Of a DNA stretch of 64,000 nt, positions 1 through 10,200 are shown piece by piece. How positions within the stretch are numbered: position 1 is the first letter of the stretch; every line of letters begins with the position of its first letter. Origin of the DNA: Alphaproteobacteria bacterium (GTDB lineage: Bacteria; Pseudomonadota; Alphaproteobacteria; JAAXGF01); contig CBDCME010000078.1 of assembly GCA_965218865.1 (NCBI GenBank), positions 22,570-86,569 of the forward strand, given 5' to 3'. A program made the translations under genes and the position numbers. The notes under the pieces are model-generated. The model worked only from the letters and a program-made list of their open reading frames with translations. It ran no database searches and was not told the origin of the DNA.

Positions 1-170
1 GTCCCGGCCACGAGTGGTGGATGGCGGGGCTAGCCCGGATTCCGGAGGCTGCCGAGCAAGCGTCACGGGTACTGTTTTAGGCTTCAATCCCGAGCTGGGG
101 CGCGCTGGGCAGGGTTCTCGAAGGGGTCACGCAATGAGCGCCACAGGGTGACGGGCGGGGCGATAAGGGT

Positions 171-279
171 CTAGTGCATCGACCCAAACGGAGGCGACAG
201 CCGAAGTTTGGAAAGTTGATGCATCGACAAAGGCCTGGTGCACGGGGGCGTGAACGAAGTGAATGCGCCGGTGCACTAG
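171..279 (+). repeat. 109-bp MITE-like element, copy 1
   Basis: The same 109 nt recur at 2705-2813 (identical by eye) and inverted at 5894-6001. Termini are CTAGTGCAYCG...GGTGCACTAG, imperfect inverted repeats flanked by CTAG half-sites. Confidence 0.85.
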
Positions 280-1334
280 GCGCCGGGAGGGTCGGCGAAG
301 GCCGCGGCGCAGCGCTCGATGAACGCCGCCCGATCACCGCGGAGCGGAAAACGGCTGCGCAGATGGCGCCAGAACGGCCGAGACAGAACCCCGGCGCCGC
401 GACGGCGGCGGGCAAACAGCCAGGCGCGGCCGGCGGCACGGCGGCAGGCGTACTGCTGTATCTCGGGCCCCAGGTCGGGATGATCGCGCAAAAGATTGGC
501 GCAGGCCAGGGTCACCCGCCGCAATTGCCGGGCCTCGTTGGCGCTCAGGCTGGTGGCCACGAAACGGGGCAAATAGGCGGCTGGCGCGGCCACCTTGAGG
601 AAAGCTCCGAAGTGGGCGAGACGAAGCGTCAGGCTGTATTCCTGGCTGTGCCGGATACGTTCGTCGCATCCGCCCACGGCCCGGGCCGCGGCGCTCCGGA
701 CCAAGCATTGGCTCGGGTTGAAGAGCGAATTGCGCAGGGCGGCCAACAAGGGCGCGTTAAGGGTTTCGACCGGGGGATCGGGGTTGCGAGCCGCGAGATC
801 GATCTCGCTGGCGTCGCGATAGCGCACGACTTCGCCCCAGGCGAGACAGGCGTCACTCGCGTGCAGCGCCTCGAGCAGGCTTTCGGTGGCGTGCGCCGCC
901 AGCAAATCGTCGGCATCGACGAATTTGATGAAGGGTTGGGTGGCCCGGGCGATACCCTGGTTGGTGGCGTGGGCCGAACCGTGGTTGTCCTGGACGACGA
1001 TGACGGTGTTTTCCCAGCCGGCGGTGGCGTCGCGAACCAGGGCCAGGGAATCGTCGCTCGAGCCGTCGTCGATGAAGATGTAGGATTTGGCAAAGTCGCC
1101 GCGCTGGTCCCGGATCGCCGCCAGGACCCGGGGCAGGTAGGGCGCCTTGTTGAAAACAGGCACGACGAAGGTCACGCCGGGAAGCGTCCCCGTGGGCGTT
1201 GCCTGGGGCGATGCCTGGGACGATGCCGTGGGCGATGGGCTGCTCATGGTTGGCCCCCCCCTCCGAAATCGGCGCCGTGCAAGCCGCGGGGATGCCCCCC
1301 TGATCAGATCGATGACAAGATTTTGTTCTCGCAT
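276..1334 (-). CDS. family-2 (GT-A) glycosyltransferase
   Basis: 352-aa ORF with VTFVVPVFNKAPYLPRVLAAIRDQ...IFIDDGSSDDS and VDADD motifs. Its TAG stop (276-278) lies inside the terminal CTAG of the MITE copy. Confidence 0.85.
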   Translation of the reverse strand: MREQNLVIDLIRGASPRLARRRFRRGGPTMSSPSPTASSQASPQATPTGTLPGVTFVVPVFNKAPYLPRVLAAIRDQRGDFAKSYIFIDDGSSDDSLALVRDATAGWENTVIVVQDNHGSAHATNQGIARATQPFIKFVDADDLLAAHATESLLEALHASDACLAWGEVVRYRDASEIDLAARNPDPPVETLNAPLLAALRNSLFNPSQCLVRSAAARAVGGCDERIRHSQEYSLTLRLAHFGAFLKVAAPAAYLPRFVATSLSANEARQLRRVTLACANLLRDHPDLGPEIQQYACRRAAGRAWLFARRRRGAGVLSRPFWRHLRSRFPLRGDRAAFIERCAAAFADPPGA

Positions 1335-1424
1335 CGCGCGCGATCGCCTCCCAGCTCGGCGCTGGGCGCCGCGAGGCCGCAGCGTCGGACGGCCAGTTTC
1401 CCCGGAATCCGATGGGACGGGTCG

Positions 1425-2372
1425 TTATATTTTCGTTTGGACGCTTTTGATGACGTCTTTCGCGAATCGCTCGCTAAAGCCCGAAATAAACGCGAGCGCG
1501 GCAAAGAAATAGAGCGGCTGATGGATTTCCGCCGAAATCTTGAAGGGGAGAAGTTCGGATTTGATCGCGCATAGAACGAAAAGACCGAAGAAAAATCCGA
1601 CCGCCGGCTTGAACAATCCGGTGAAGAACAGCACGGCCCGATCGACCTCCCATTGTTCGGCGAAAATCCGGATACGAGTCATGATGCTGACGATACTTCC
1701 GGCCGCGCCGGCGCAGGCGACAATCACGAAATACACCACCGGTGTCCCGAAGAACGACACCTCCCATAATTTTTCTCCACCGATCGTGGCTCCTCCGCCC
1801 AAAGCCGAGAAGATAGCGATCAGCGACGGGATGATTATAAACAGGTGGCACAAAAGTCCGAGAACGACCGCGACGGGCGGACTGCGGAAAAATGCCGAGG
1901 ATTCACGGTATTTCCGCTCCAGACGGCCGATGACTTTTTTCGCCAGCTCCAGGTTGGGGTATTCGATCAAGAGAGACGACAGCGCGGCATCGAGATTTCG
2001 CAAATCGTGAATATTCCTTTTCTCCGCGACCGCCGGCAAAATATTCAAGACCCTGGCCAAGGTCTTCTGGGTCACGTTGTCGAAAGCGGAATGAAGTGAT
2101 TTGTCGGCTTGATCCGCGATTCGTGAAATAAGCGCGGAAATTTCGCTCTCGACATCCCTTTCGAGAACGGTGCGGCCACCGTTATCTTTCTCCGCCTTTT
2201 GGCCAGCGGTTTTTCGCGGCGGGCGAGCGAAGGCGTGAACGTCGGAGGAAGCCTTGGCGGCTCCCGGTTTCCCGCCGCCGTTCGATTTCGGGGATGCCGG
2301 CGCGACCGGCGTATCCTTGTCGCCAGTTTCGCCTGATCGTAGTTTTTGCACCATAACGGTTTCCGATCCCAC
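1425..2372 (-). CDS. hypothetical integral membrane protein
   Basis: 315-aa ORF. Charged soluble N-terminal half, then hydrophobic helices (VAVVLGLLCHLFIIIPSLIAIF, VVYFVIVACAGAAGSIVSI, FFFGLFVLCAI, LYFFAALAFISGF). No family recognised. Confidence 0.55.
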   Translation of the reverse strand: MGSETVMVQKLRSGETGDKDTPVAPASPKSNGGGKPGAAKASSDVHAFARPPRKTAGQKAEKDNGGRTVLERDVESEISALISRIADQADKSLHSAFDNVTQKTLARVLNILPAVAEKRNIHDLRNLDAALSSLLIEYPNLELAKKVIGRLERKYRESSAFFRSPPVAVVLGLLCHLFIIIPSLIAIFSALGGGATIGGEKLWEVSFFGTPVVYFVIVACAGAAGSIVSIMTRIRIFAEQWEVDRAVLFFTGLFKPAVGFFFGLFVLCAIKSELLPFKISAEIHQPLYFFAALAFISGFSERFAKDVIKSVQTKI

Positions 2373-2704
2373 CGATACGACAGATCCCGTCTCCGAGCCG
2401 ATCCCAATGGATCATATCTTCGCGAACTGGGATCCCGCCTCAAGGCGACGACTTTTTCGTACCGGATTTCTAATTTCGCGTCGCGTGCACTATTGCCATT
2501 CATGCCTTAGCAAAATTCATGAATTTTTTCAAACGAATTTGCGAGCCCAGCCGGAATCGTCCGGGTTGGCCCCCGTGTCGAACCGATTCCAATTGGCTCG
2601 GAACAAGTCGGGCCGAAACAGGCGGCCGTGTCAGCTCCGGACCCAACCGACCCGGCGGCGTGCCCCCCGATATGGTTTTGCGCCCCTGGAAATGGTAAGA
2701 GGCG

Positions 2705-2813
2705 CTAGTGCATCGACCCAAACGGAGGCGACAGCCGAAGTTTGGAAAGTTGATGCATCGACAAAGGCCTGGTGCACGGGGGCGTGAACGAAGTGAATGC
2801 GCCGGTGCACTAG
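2705..2813 (+). repeat. 109-bp MITE-like element, copy 2
   Basis: Identical by eye to 171-279. The long ORF 2708-4861 starts inside it, so the first 44 codons of that ORF are MITE-derived. Confidence 0.85.
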
Positions 2814-2839
2814 CGACGGCAGCGGCGGAAGGATTTCTC

Positions 2840-4861
2840 ATGGACAGCGCGGAGCGCGCCAACAAGGCGGCCCTGGGTCACTACCTGAGAAACGAAATCA
2901 CGCAGGCCCAAAAGATCTGCGAGCAAATTCTCGAGGGCAAGCCGAGCGACGCCAAGGCCTTGCACCTCATGGGCCTCATCGTCCATCGCTCGGGCCAACA
3001 CCAAGCCGCGGAACGGCTCTTGAAAAACGCCCTCGCCTCGGGACGCGACAGCCCGGAATTCTTTTGCGATCTGGCCAAGGTGTGTCTCGCCCTCGGACGG
3101 CGGGAGGAGTCGATCGCGAACCTCCGGCGGGCCGTGGCCGCCAATCCCAAGCTCGACGCGGTCCACGCCGAGATCGGCGAGCTCTGCCGGAGCGCCGGGC
3201 GCATCGAGGAAGGGGCCCAGGGTTACCTCAAGGCGCTGGTGCTCAAACCCGACAACGCCGCCTACCAGAAGGGCATGGCCAGCTGTCTGCGTGGCCGCGC
3301 CGTTGCGTCGACGGAACCCAGGTTTCTGCGCGCCATCGAATTGTGCTTCGAGCGCCCCGAGGTCGACAGGCAGCAGCTCATGGTCTCGGCGGTTTCGACC
3401 CTCAAGCGGTTCGAGGGCTTTCGCCAAGCCCTCGATTGGGCTTCCGATCACGAGCGCCTCAAAGCCGCCTACCGCGACGACGAGTTGCGCGACCTTATCG
3501 AAAGCAGCCTTTTTCACCGCCTCCTCGACCAGGCGGTTTTGGCGGACCCCGCTTTCGAGTACCTCACCACGGCGTTGCGCCGCGTCATCCTCGAGGACAT
3601 CTGCCGGGACGCCGGCAGGGTCAAGACGAACTGGCGCAAGGACGCGCGCTTTCTATGCGCCCTGGCCCATCAATGTTTCAACAACGAATACGCCTTTTTC
3701 GTCGACGACGCCGAGAACGCCAGGGTCACGGATCTGATCGCCACCGTGGGGCCCGAAATCGGGGCCTCGCCGCGGCCCGGCCACGAGCTGCAACGAAAGC
3801 TCGTGGTCTGCGCCATGTACCGCTCCCTCGACGGGATCGAGGCGAAGGAACAGTTGCGGGCGGTCAAGGCGAGCGTTTGGAGCCGGCCCTTCCGCGCCGT
3901 CGTCAAACGGCAGCTCGATGACCGGCGGCGCGAACAGGAAATCAAGGACAAGATACCTCCGGTCACCGAGGTCAGCGACAAGACTTCGCTTCTGGTCAAG
4001 TCACAATACGAAGAGAACCCTTATCCGCGCTGGCTGAACCTGTGGCGGGAAACCCCGGTCACGGTGCCCGATTTGCTGGCCATGGTGGGGACCGACATCG
4101 TCGATCCCCGCGACTGGCCGCGGCCGACCCCCCTACTGGTGGCTGGTTGCGGCACCGGCCACGAGGCCCTCACCGCCGCCGTGAACCTGAAGGACTGCGA
4201 GGTGTTCGCCGTCGATTTGAGCCTCAGCAGCCTGGGTTATGCCTGGCGCATGGCCGAGGAGCTCGAGATCGCGAACGTGAGCTTCCATTCGGGTGATATC
4301 CTCTCACTCGCCGCCCTGGACCGGCGGTTTTCCTTCATCGCTTGTTCCGGGGTTCTGCATCACATGGCGGAGCCGATGCGCGGCTGGCGGGTTCTGGTCG
4401 ACCTCCTCCAGCCGACGGGGTTGATGCTGATCGGCCTCTACAGCCAGCGGGCCCGTGACGTCATCGAAAGAGGCCGCGAATTCGTCAAGGAGGAAGGTTT
4501 CGAGCCGACCGAGGCGGACATCCGGCGCTGCCGCCGCGAGATCCTCGACCTGGGCCTGCAACATCCCCTCTCAAGGCTCACGCGGAGCCGCGATTTCTTC
4601 AGCATCAGCGCCTGCCGGGACATGATCCTCCATTATATGGAGCACCGCTTCACCCTGCCCGAGATCGAGGCCTGCCTGGCCGAATTGGGATTGCGGTTTC
4701 TGTCCTTCCGCTTCGACAACACCGCGGCGCTCGAAGCCTTCAAAAAGGAACACCCCGAGCCGGCGGACGTCACCGATCTGAGGGTTTGGGACCGTTACGA
4801 GGAGGCCCACCCCCAGACCTTCTTCGGAATGTACAATTTTTGGTGCCAAAACAGTTCCTGA
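2840..4861 (+). CDS. TPR-repeat protein fused to class I SAM-dependent methyltransferase
   Basis: First ATG outside the MITE (MDSAERANK...). N-terminal TPR-like repeats. C-terminal LVAGCGTGHEALTAAV / VFAVDLS / IACSGVLHHM methyltransferase motifs. Stop TGA (4859-4861) lies within the IS1595 left inverted repeat. Confidence 0.75.
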   Translation: MDSAERANKAALGHYLRNEITQAQKICEQILEGKPSDAKALHLMGLIVHRSGQHQAAERLLKNALASGRDSPEFFCDLAKVCLALGRREESIANLRRAVAANPKLDAVHAEIGELCRSAGRIEEGAQGYLKALVLKPDNAAYQKGMASCLRGRAVASTEPRFLRAIELCFERPEVDRQQLMVSAVSTLKRFEGFRQALDWASDHERLKAAYRDDELRDLIESSLFHRLLDQAVLADPAFEYLTTALRRVILEDICRDAGRVKTNWRKDARFLCALAHQCFNNEYAFFVDDAENARVTDLIATVGPEIGASPRPGHELQRKLVVCAMYRSLDGIEAKEQLRAVKASVWSRPFRAVVKRQLDDRRREQEIKDKIPPVTEVSDKTSLLVKSQYEENPYPRWLNLWRETPVTVPDLLAMVGTDIVDPRDWPRPTPLLVAGCGTGHEALTAAVNLKDCEVFAVDLSLSSLGYAWRMAEELEIANVSFHSGDILSLAALDRRFSFIACSGVLHHMAEPMRGWRVLVDLLQPTGLMLIGLYSQRARDVIERGREFVKEEGFEPTEADIRRCRREILDLGLQHPLSRLTRSRDFFSISACRDMILHYMEHRFTLPEIEACLAELGLRFLSFRFDNTAALEAFKKEHPEPADVTDLRVWDRYEEAHPQTFFGMYNFWCQNSS

Positions 4862-5876
4862 TTACGCATTTTCCTCCGAGGATTTGGTATGGTACAAAAA
4901 GTGAACATCCGGTGGTTTTTCAGGAGGTTTGCGATGTCGAGGAATGCGGTTCAGTTGGGGTTGAGTTTGGGGCGGTTTCGTGAACTTAGCGAGGAGAAAT
5001 GTCGGGCGGTGGTATTCGGCTGGCGCTGGCCGAAGGGTTTTGTTTGTCCCCGCTGTGCCGGTGATCGCTACAGCGAGCACAAGAGTCGGCGGCTGTATCA
5101 GTGCAGCGGCTGCCATTACCAGGTGTCGTTGACGGCGGGGACGATCTTTCATGCGACCCACCTGGCGCTGATCGTATGGTTCGAGGCCCTCTACCTGATC
5201 AGCCAGTCGAAGAAAGGGATTTCCAGCCTCGAATTGGGGCGCCGGCTCGGGGTCAGCTACAATACGGCGTGGAAGATGCATCACAAACTGATGCAGGTGA
5301 TGCTTGAACGCGAGGAAAACAAGCCGCTGGGCGGCGAGGGCAAGCGGATCTAGATCGACGACGCCTATCTGGGGGGCGCCCGGCGCGGCGGTAAGCGGGG
5401 CCGTGGCGCACCCGGCAAAACGCCTTTCGTGGCCGCCGTGGAAACCACCGCCGAGGGTCGGCCGCACCGGCTCAAGCTCACCCGGGTGAAGGGCTTCCGC
5501 AAGGCAGAGATCGAGAAAATGTCGCGCCGCGTCTTGACCCCGGGAAGCACCGTCGTCAGCGACGGCCTGAGCTGCTTCACCGCCGTCACCGCGGCTGGCT
5601 GCAGCCATTATCCCGCCGTTACCGGCAGCGGACCCCAGGCCGCCAAATGGGCCGCCTTCAAATGGGTCAATACGACCCTCGGTAACGTCAAGAACAGCCT
5701 CCGCGGGACCCCATCCGTCCCAAGCACGCACCGCGATACCTGGCCCAGTTCGAATACCGCTTCAATCGCCGCTACCGCCTGGACGAGATGATCCCCCGCC
5801 TCGCCTGGGCCGCCCTACGTACCCCGCCCATGCCCTACAACCTCCTCAAACTCGCGGAGCAAAGTGCGTAATCAGG
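4857..5876 (+). mobile_element. IS1595-family element (copy 1), degenerate
   Basis: Terminal inverted repeats CCTGATTACGCA (4857-4868) and TGCGTAATCAGG (5865-5876), about 18/20 matching over 20 nt. Encloses an ISXO2-like transposase gene. No matching 8-bp flanking duplication. Confidence 0.8.
4889..5871 (+). pseudogene. IS1595-family (ISXO2-like) transposase, disrupted
   Basis: Zn-ribbon CPRCAGDRY...CSGCHYQ, then WFEALYLISQSKKGISSLELGRRLGVSYNTAWKMHHKL. In-frame TAG at 5351-5353 (the homologous codon in copy 2 is GAG) and a frameshift near 5712 before the C-terminal ...RYLAQFEYRFNRRYRLDEMIPRL. Confidence 0.85.
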
Positions 5877-5893
5877 AAAAATTTAACTCGACG

Positions 5894-6001
5894 ACTAGTG
5901 CACCGGCGCATTCACTTCGTTCACGCCCCCGTGCACCAGCCCTTTGTCGATGCATCAACTTTCCAAACTTCGGCTGTCGCCTCCGTTTGGGTCGATGACT
6001 A
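5894..6001 (-). repeat. 109-bp MITE-like element, copy 3 (inverted, 108 bp)
   Basis: Reverse complement of copies 1 and 2 with one substitution and one 1-nt deletion. Confidence 0.85.
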
Positions 6002-6082
6002 GCGCGCGCCTCAATCGACGACCCCAACCAAACGATTCTCTTTTTTCCGAATGACGGCCCAGAAGATCGGATCAAGATCGGC

Positions 6083-7049
6083 TCAGGGTCCGATGGTGAA
6101 CACCATCGTCATGCCGGCGCCGATGTGGTCGTTGACGTGGCAGTGGAACATCCAGGTGCCCGGATTGTCCGGGATCAGGTCCAGGGTCTTGGTGGCCGCG
6201 GGGAGGACCTAGACGACGTCGACCCGGTTGCCGTTCTGGACCAGGGTGACGCCGTGCCAATGGGGCGTGTGAAGATCGACTTCGGTGCCCATGGCGATGA
6301 CGTACCAGCGGATCTTCTCGCCGAGGCGCATTGTGTGGCCGGCGTTGTTTCCCCACACCAGCCCGTTGATCCCGTGCATCAGGTTGCTCTCGACGAAGCC
6401 GTCGTCCTCGGGATCGACCGGGGCGGAGGTATATTTCTCGATGTTTGCGTCGAGGAAGAGGCTGGCGTTCTCGTCGAACACCTTGAACAGCGAGAAGAAC
6501 TCGCGGTCGATCCCCTTCGGCGAACCGTCCGCCTTGGCCTGGCCTTTCCTGGAGATGACGATCAAGCCGATCATCCCGGCGTTCTCGCTCGCCGGCCCGT
6601 CGACATGGGAGTGGTACTGCCAGACGATCGAACTCGGATCCCTGGGGCCGGGACCCGCCCGTTCCGGCACCTTCCAAAGGTAGGTGAATTCGCCGCCCCG
6701 AGGCGCGACCACGTCGTCGTCCTTGTCGGCGCCAAAGGTCCCGTCCGCGTACGGCGCCCCCTCCGCGTTCTTCTTGTAGAGAACCCCGTGCGGATGGATC
6801 GAGGCCCCAAACCGCGTGTTGTTGCGAAAGTGGACCACGATCGTGTCGCCCACGACCCCGCGGATCACCGGCCCCAGCAACCCCAGATGCTCCTCCTCCG
6901 CCCCCCGCGCCACCAGCGCCCCGAAATCCTCCGTATATCCCCGATAAATCGCCTTGATGTATTTCCGCCCAATCACCCCGTCCCCGTCCCCGACAAAGAC
7001 CTCCTCATCCTCGCTGAATGGTTTCCCCGAAATCAAATTATCCGGATAA
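6083..7049 (-). pseudogene. multicopper oxidase (ceruloplasmin-like cupredoxin repeats), MCO1
   Basis: Copper-ligand motifs HPHG, HSHVD and HTPHWHG. In-frame TAG at 6209-6211 is followed in frame by PGTWMFHCHVNDHIGAGM. The 5-prime end is separated by IS630a copy A; the frame continues at 8216-8262 (MEISENAGVGWPRWT). Confidence 0.8.
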
Positions 7050-8215
7050 TACCAACCGCCCTAGAGTTTGACTCGCGCAAAGGTTTACACGCTAGGTTTT
7101 GTATGATTCAAGGTTGTTGGCAACAAGGGAGTGTGTTCAATGCCAACGATTCCTTTGCGAAACGACTTTGATGCTGAAAGAGTCCGTGTTCTTGCGGCAC
7201 GGAGCGATGATGGGAACCAGGCGCGACGGCTTTTGTCGATGGCGGCCATCTACGATGGGATGGATCGAGCGTGCGCGGCGGGTATTGGCGGCATGGATCG
7301 GCAGACGTTGCGGGACTGGGTTCACCGGTTCGACGCGGGGGTCCGGCCGGTCTGATCGACCGCAAGCCGAACGGGGCGTTGCGTCGGTTGACGCCGTCGC
7401 AAATGGCGGCGCTTTCGCGGGCTATCGAGGCCGGTCCCGATCCCGAACGGGATGGGGTCGTGCGCTGGCGCTGCATCGATCTCAAGCAACTGATCCGAAC
7501 GCGCTTCGGCGTGGACTATCACGAGCGGAGCGTCGGCAAGCTGCTGGCCGCGCTCGGGTTCTCGCATATTTCCGCGCGCCCGCGCCACGTCGGCCAGGAT
7601 GCGCGGGCACAGGAGGAATTTAAAAAAAGTTTTCCCGAACACTTGGCGAAAATCGTAGCGGCACAGCCACCGGACACGCCCATCGAGGTTTGGTTTCAAG
7701 ATGAAATGCGTGTCGGCCAGAAGAACAGCCTGGTGCGCCAGTGGGCCCCAAAGGGATCGCGCCCGCGCCAGGTCAAGGACCTACGGACCTCTTCGGCGTA
7801 TCTCTTCGGCGCCATCTGCCCCGAGCGCGGTGAGGGCGCGGCGCTGGTCATGCCGCGCGCCAATACTGAAGCCATGGACCTGCATCTCGAGGAAATCAGC
7901 CGGGCCGTTGCCCCAAACGCCCATGCCGTCGTGCTGCTCGACCAAGCCGCATGGCACACCACTGCCAAACTCGGCATCCCGGAGAACATCTCCCTCGTGC
8001 CTTTGCCACCCAAGTCCCCGGAGCTCAATCCCGCCGAAAATGTCTGGCAATACCTCCGCCAGAACTGGCTCTCCAATCGTGTCTTCGACTCCTATGAAGC
8101 CATCGTCGAGGCCTCTTGCCAAGCCTGGAACAACCTGACCGACCAACCTTGGAAGATCATGTCCATCGGCCTCAGAGCGTGGGATCGCACAAGTCAATGT
8201 TAAGGGCGGTTGGTA
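7050..8215 (+). mobile_element. IS630-family element type a, copy A (1166 bp)
   Basis: TIRs TACCAACCGCCCTAGAG... and ...AAGGGCGGTTGGTA, flanked by TAA at 7047-7049 and 8216-8218. Confidence 0.9.
7140..8203 (+). pseudogene. IS630-family transposase (A7 fused form, frameshifted)
   Basis: A 1-nt deletion near 7336 (GCGGGGGTCC versus GCGGGAGGTCC in the other copies) breaks the frame. The A-run at 7622-7628 is A7, so the orfA and orfB frames are fused here. Confidence 0.85.
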
Positions 8216-8612
8216 TAAGTCCATCGCGGCCATCCTACACCCGCATTTTCAGAAATTTCCATCACCTCTCGGGAGCTAGACGGACCTACGGAGTCAGAGT
8301 CCGCTCTTTTTGCTTAGTTTTCCAGGGATTCCCGGCGCCATGTCGCACCCATGTCGCAAGGATTTGAGCGACAGTTTACGAGGGATCGTCCGGTGCAACG
8401 GAGCTACTCGCCCATTACGATATGCCTTTGTATCGGTGCCCGATGAGGAAGCTCTGACAAAGTCGATCGTACGGTTAGGAAACCGGACTGGCGCTCGTCA
8501 ACGGAATAAGTTGCAACCCGTGAGACCGTGTTTGCCCAATCAGCGTCGTGCTGATCAGTTGAGTTTGATATGCATACGGATCTTCGAGCAACGTCGCAGA
8601 CCAAAGACCAGA

Positions 8613-9353
8613 TTACCCGATGTTCGCCAACGCCGGGAACATATCGAGCATCCAGTACGAGAAGGCCGAGAGCTGCCCGGTTATCATGGCGATGCCCATC
8701 AGGATCACGACGGCACCCGCCGCTATCTGGAGAAACCGCCCGACGCGACCGATCGTCCTGAGTCGGGCCATGAGACCATCGGTGAACACCGCAGCGAGCA
8801 GAAAAGGCACGCCGAACCCAAGAGAGTAAACCGCGAGCAGAGCCACCCCGCTCGTAACCGTTGTCGACGCCGCGCTAACGGTGAGAATGGCGCCGAGGAT
8901 TGGCCCGATGCAGGGCGTCCAGCCGAAGGCAAAGGCGAGTCCGAAGACATAGGCAGAGAGCGGCCGACCGCCAGCCATCGCGGTGTGAAATCGAAACTCC
9001 CGCATGAGCCACATCGGACGCAACAAACCGATCAGGAACAAGCCGAAAAGAATGATGACCACCCCGCCGATGATATTGAGCTCGTAGCGGTAGCGTAGAA
9101 ACAGCTGGCCAAGCGCAGTAGCGCTTGCGCCTAACAAAACGAAGACAGTGGAGAAGCCGAGTATGAAGCAGACGCTCAAACCCATTGCCGGCAATCTAAG
9201 GGCCAGACCGTCGCCGCCCGATTCCTCGGTAATCGCGCGCCCCGCGACATATGAGACGTAGCCGGGGACCAGCGGGAGGACGCACGGCGAAAGAAACGAG
9301 ATGGCGCCAGCAGCGAACGCAGTCAGCAACCCAATGTTCGAGATTTCTAGCAT
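8613..9353 (-). CDS. ccdA: CcdA/DsbD-family thiol-disulfide electron-transfer membrane protein
   Basis: 246-aa polytopic ORF with FLSPCVLPLVPGYVSYV and GWTPCIGPILGAIL motifs. Confidence 0.8.
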   Translation of the reverse strand: MLEISNIGLLTAFAAGAISFLSPCVLPLVPGYVSYVAGRAITEESGGDGLALRLPAMGLSVCFILGFSTVFVLLGASATALGQLFLRYRYELNIIGGVVIILFGLFLIGLLRPMWLMREFRFHTAMAGGRPLSAYVFGLAFAFGWTPCIGPILGAILTVSAASTTVTSGVALLAVYSLGFGVPFLLAAVFTDGLMARLRTIGRVGRFLQIAAGAVVILMGIAMITGQLSAFSYWMLDMFPALANIG

Positions 9354-9390
9354 TGTTCTCTAAAGCGACGTCCTTGGCTTAGAATTTCCA

Positions 9391-10200
9391 TCATCGCTCG
9401 GCCCGCACCTGCCGGACGATCTCTTGCAACGTGCTCAAGTCCGTAGCGCCTCGCCGGATCTGCTCACCGACGACAAACCCTGGCGTTCCGTTGATCCGGA
9501 GCGCCTGCGCAAGTTCGAAATTGCGACTGAGAGCTGCCTGTATGGCCGGGTCTTCCATGTCCGTTCGCAGCCGATCCACGTCGAGACCAACCTTCGCTGC
9601 GATCCGCAGCACAGACCCCTCGTTGGCTGCGCCGTCGGCCTCCATGAGAGCTTCGTGGAAGTTCAAATACCTGCCTTGCCGGTGAGCTGCGAGAGCCGCC
9701 TTGGCGGCGAATTGGGAGTTCGGACCCAAGATGGGAAACTCCTTGTAGACGATGCGCAATTGCGGATCACTGGCTACCGCGTCGTTCACCACGGGTGCCA
9801 CCGTTCGGCAGTAGGGGCAGTTGTAATCGAAGAACTCGACGAGCGTGACGTCGCCGTCCGGGTTTCCGCCCACGGGGTTCGCCGAATCGTGGAAGACTTC
9901 ATCGGCGCGTGCCTTTAGAGCTGCCTCGGCGTCGCTCGCTTCGGCATCACGCGAGCGTGCCTGCAAGCGTTCCACCGCTTCGAAGATGATCTCCGGATTA
10001 TTCAGGATGTAGGCCTCCACGCGCTGCTCGAACTCATCCGGCGGCACGGGCGATGCGGCTTTCGGGGTCTCGTCGTCAACACGAGAGCCGGGTTCCATAA
10101 CAAACGAGATGCCGACTATCGTGACGATCAGCACCGGCACGACCAGCCATCTGATGAGCCGTCGAGAGAACATATGCTTTCTGGTTATGGTTGCTCTCAT
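9391..10200 (-). CDS. DsbA-family thioredoxin-fold oxidoreductase (ScsC/Com1-like), membrane anchored
   Basis: 269 aa with an N-terminal TM helix and CPYC active site ([10 protein letters not shown]). Overlaps the copA stop by 4 nt. Confidence 0.8.
   Translation of the reverse strand: MRATITRKHMFSRRLIRWLVVPVLIVTIVGISFVMEPGSRVDDETPKAASPVPPDEFEQRVEAYILNNPEIIFEAVERLQARSRDAEASDAEAALKARADEVFHDSANPVGGNPDGDVTLVEFFDYNCPYCRTVAPVVNDAVASDPQLRIVYKEFPILGPNSQFAAKAALAAHRQGRYLNFHEALMEADGAANEGSVLRIAAKVGLDVDRLRTDMEDPAIQAALSRNFELAQALRINGTPGFVVGEQIRRGATDLSTLQEIVRQVRAER

Noticed and set aside
1-60. Similarity of GCTAGCCCGGATT near the window start to the IS1380 left end (22805-22817).
   Set aside because: Only about 12 nt match and no transposase sequence follows. 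This is too short to call a second IS1380 end.
174-1574. Long ORFs antisense to or overlapping real genes. Examples: 174-1574 (+), 2797-3921 (+), 4862-5731 (-), 24922-26172 (-), 27795-28904 (-), 38134-39384 (+), 33975-35465 (-) upstream part, 53551-54636 (+).
   Set aside because: Their translations are Arg/Pro/Gly/Ala-rich low-complexity sequences typical of shadow frames in high-GC DNA. Each overlaps a gene with clear family motifs on the other strand or frame.
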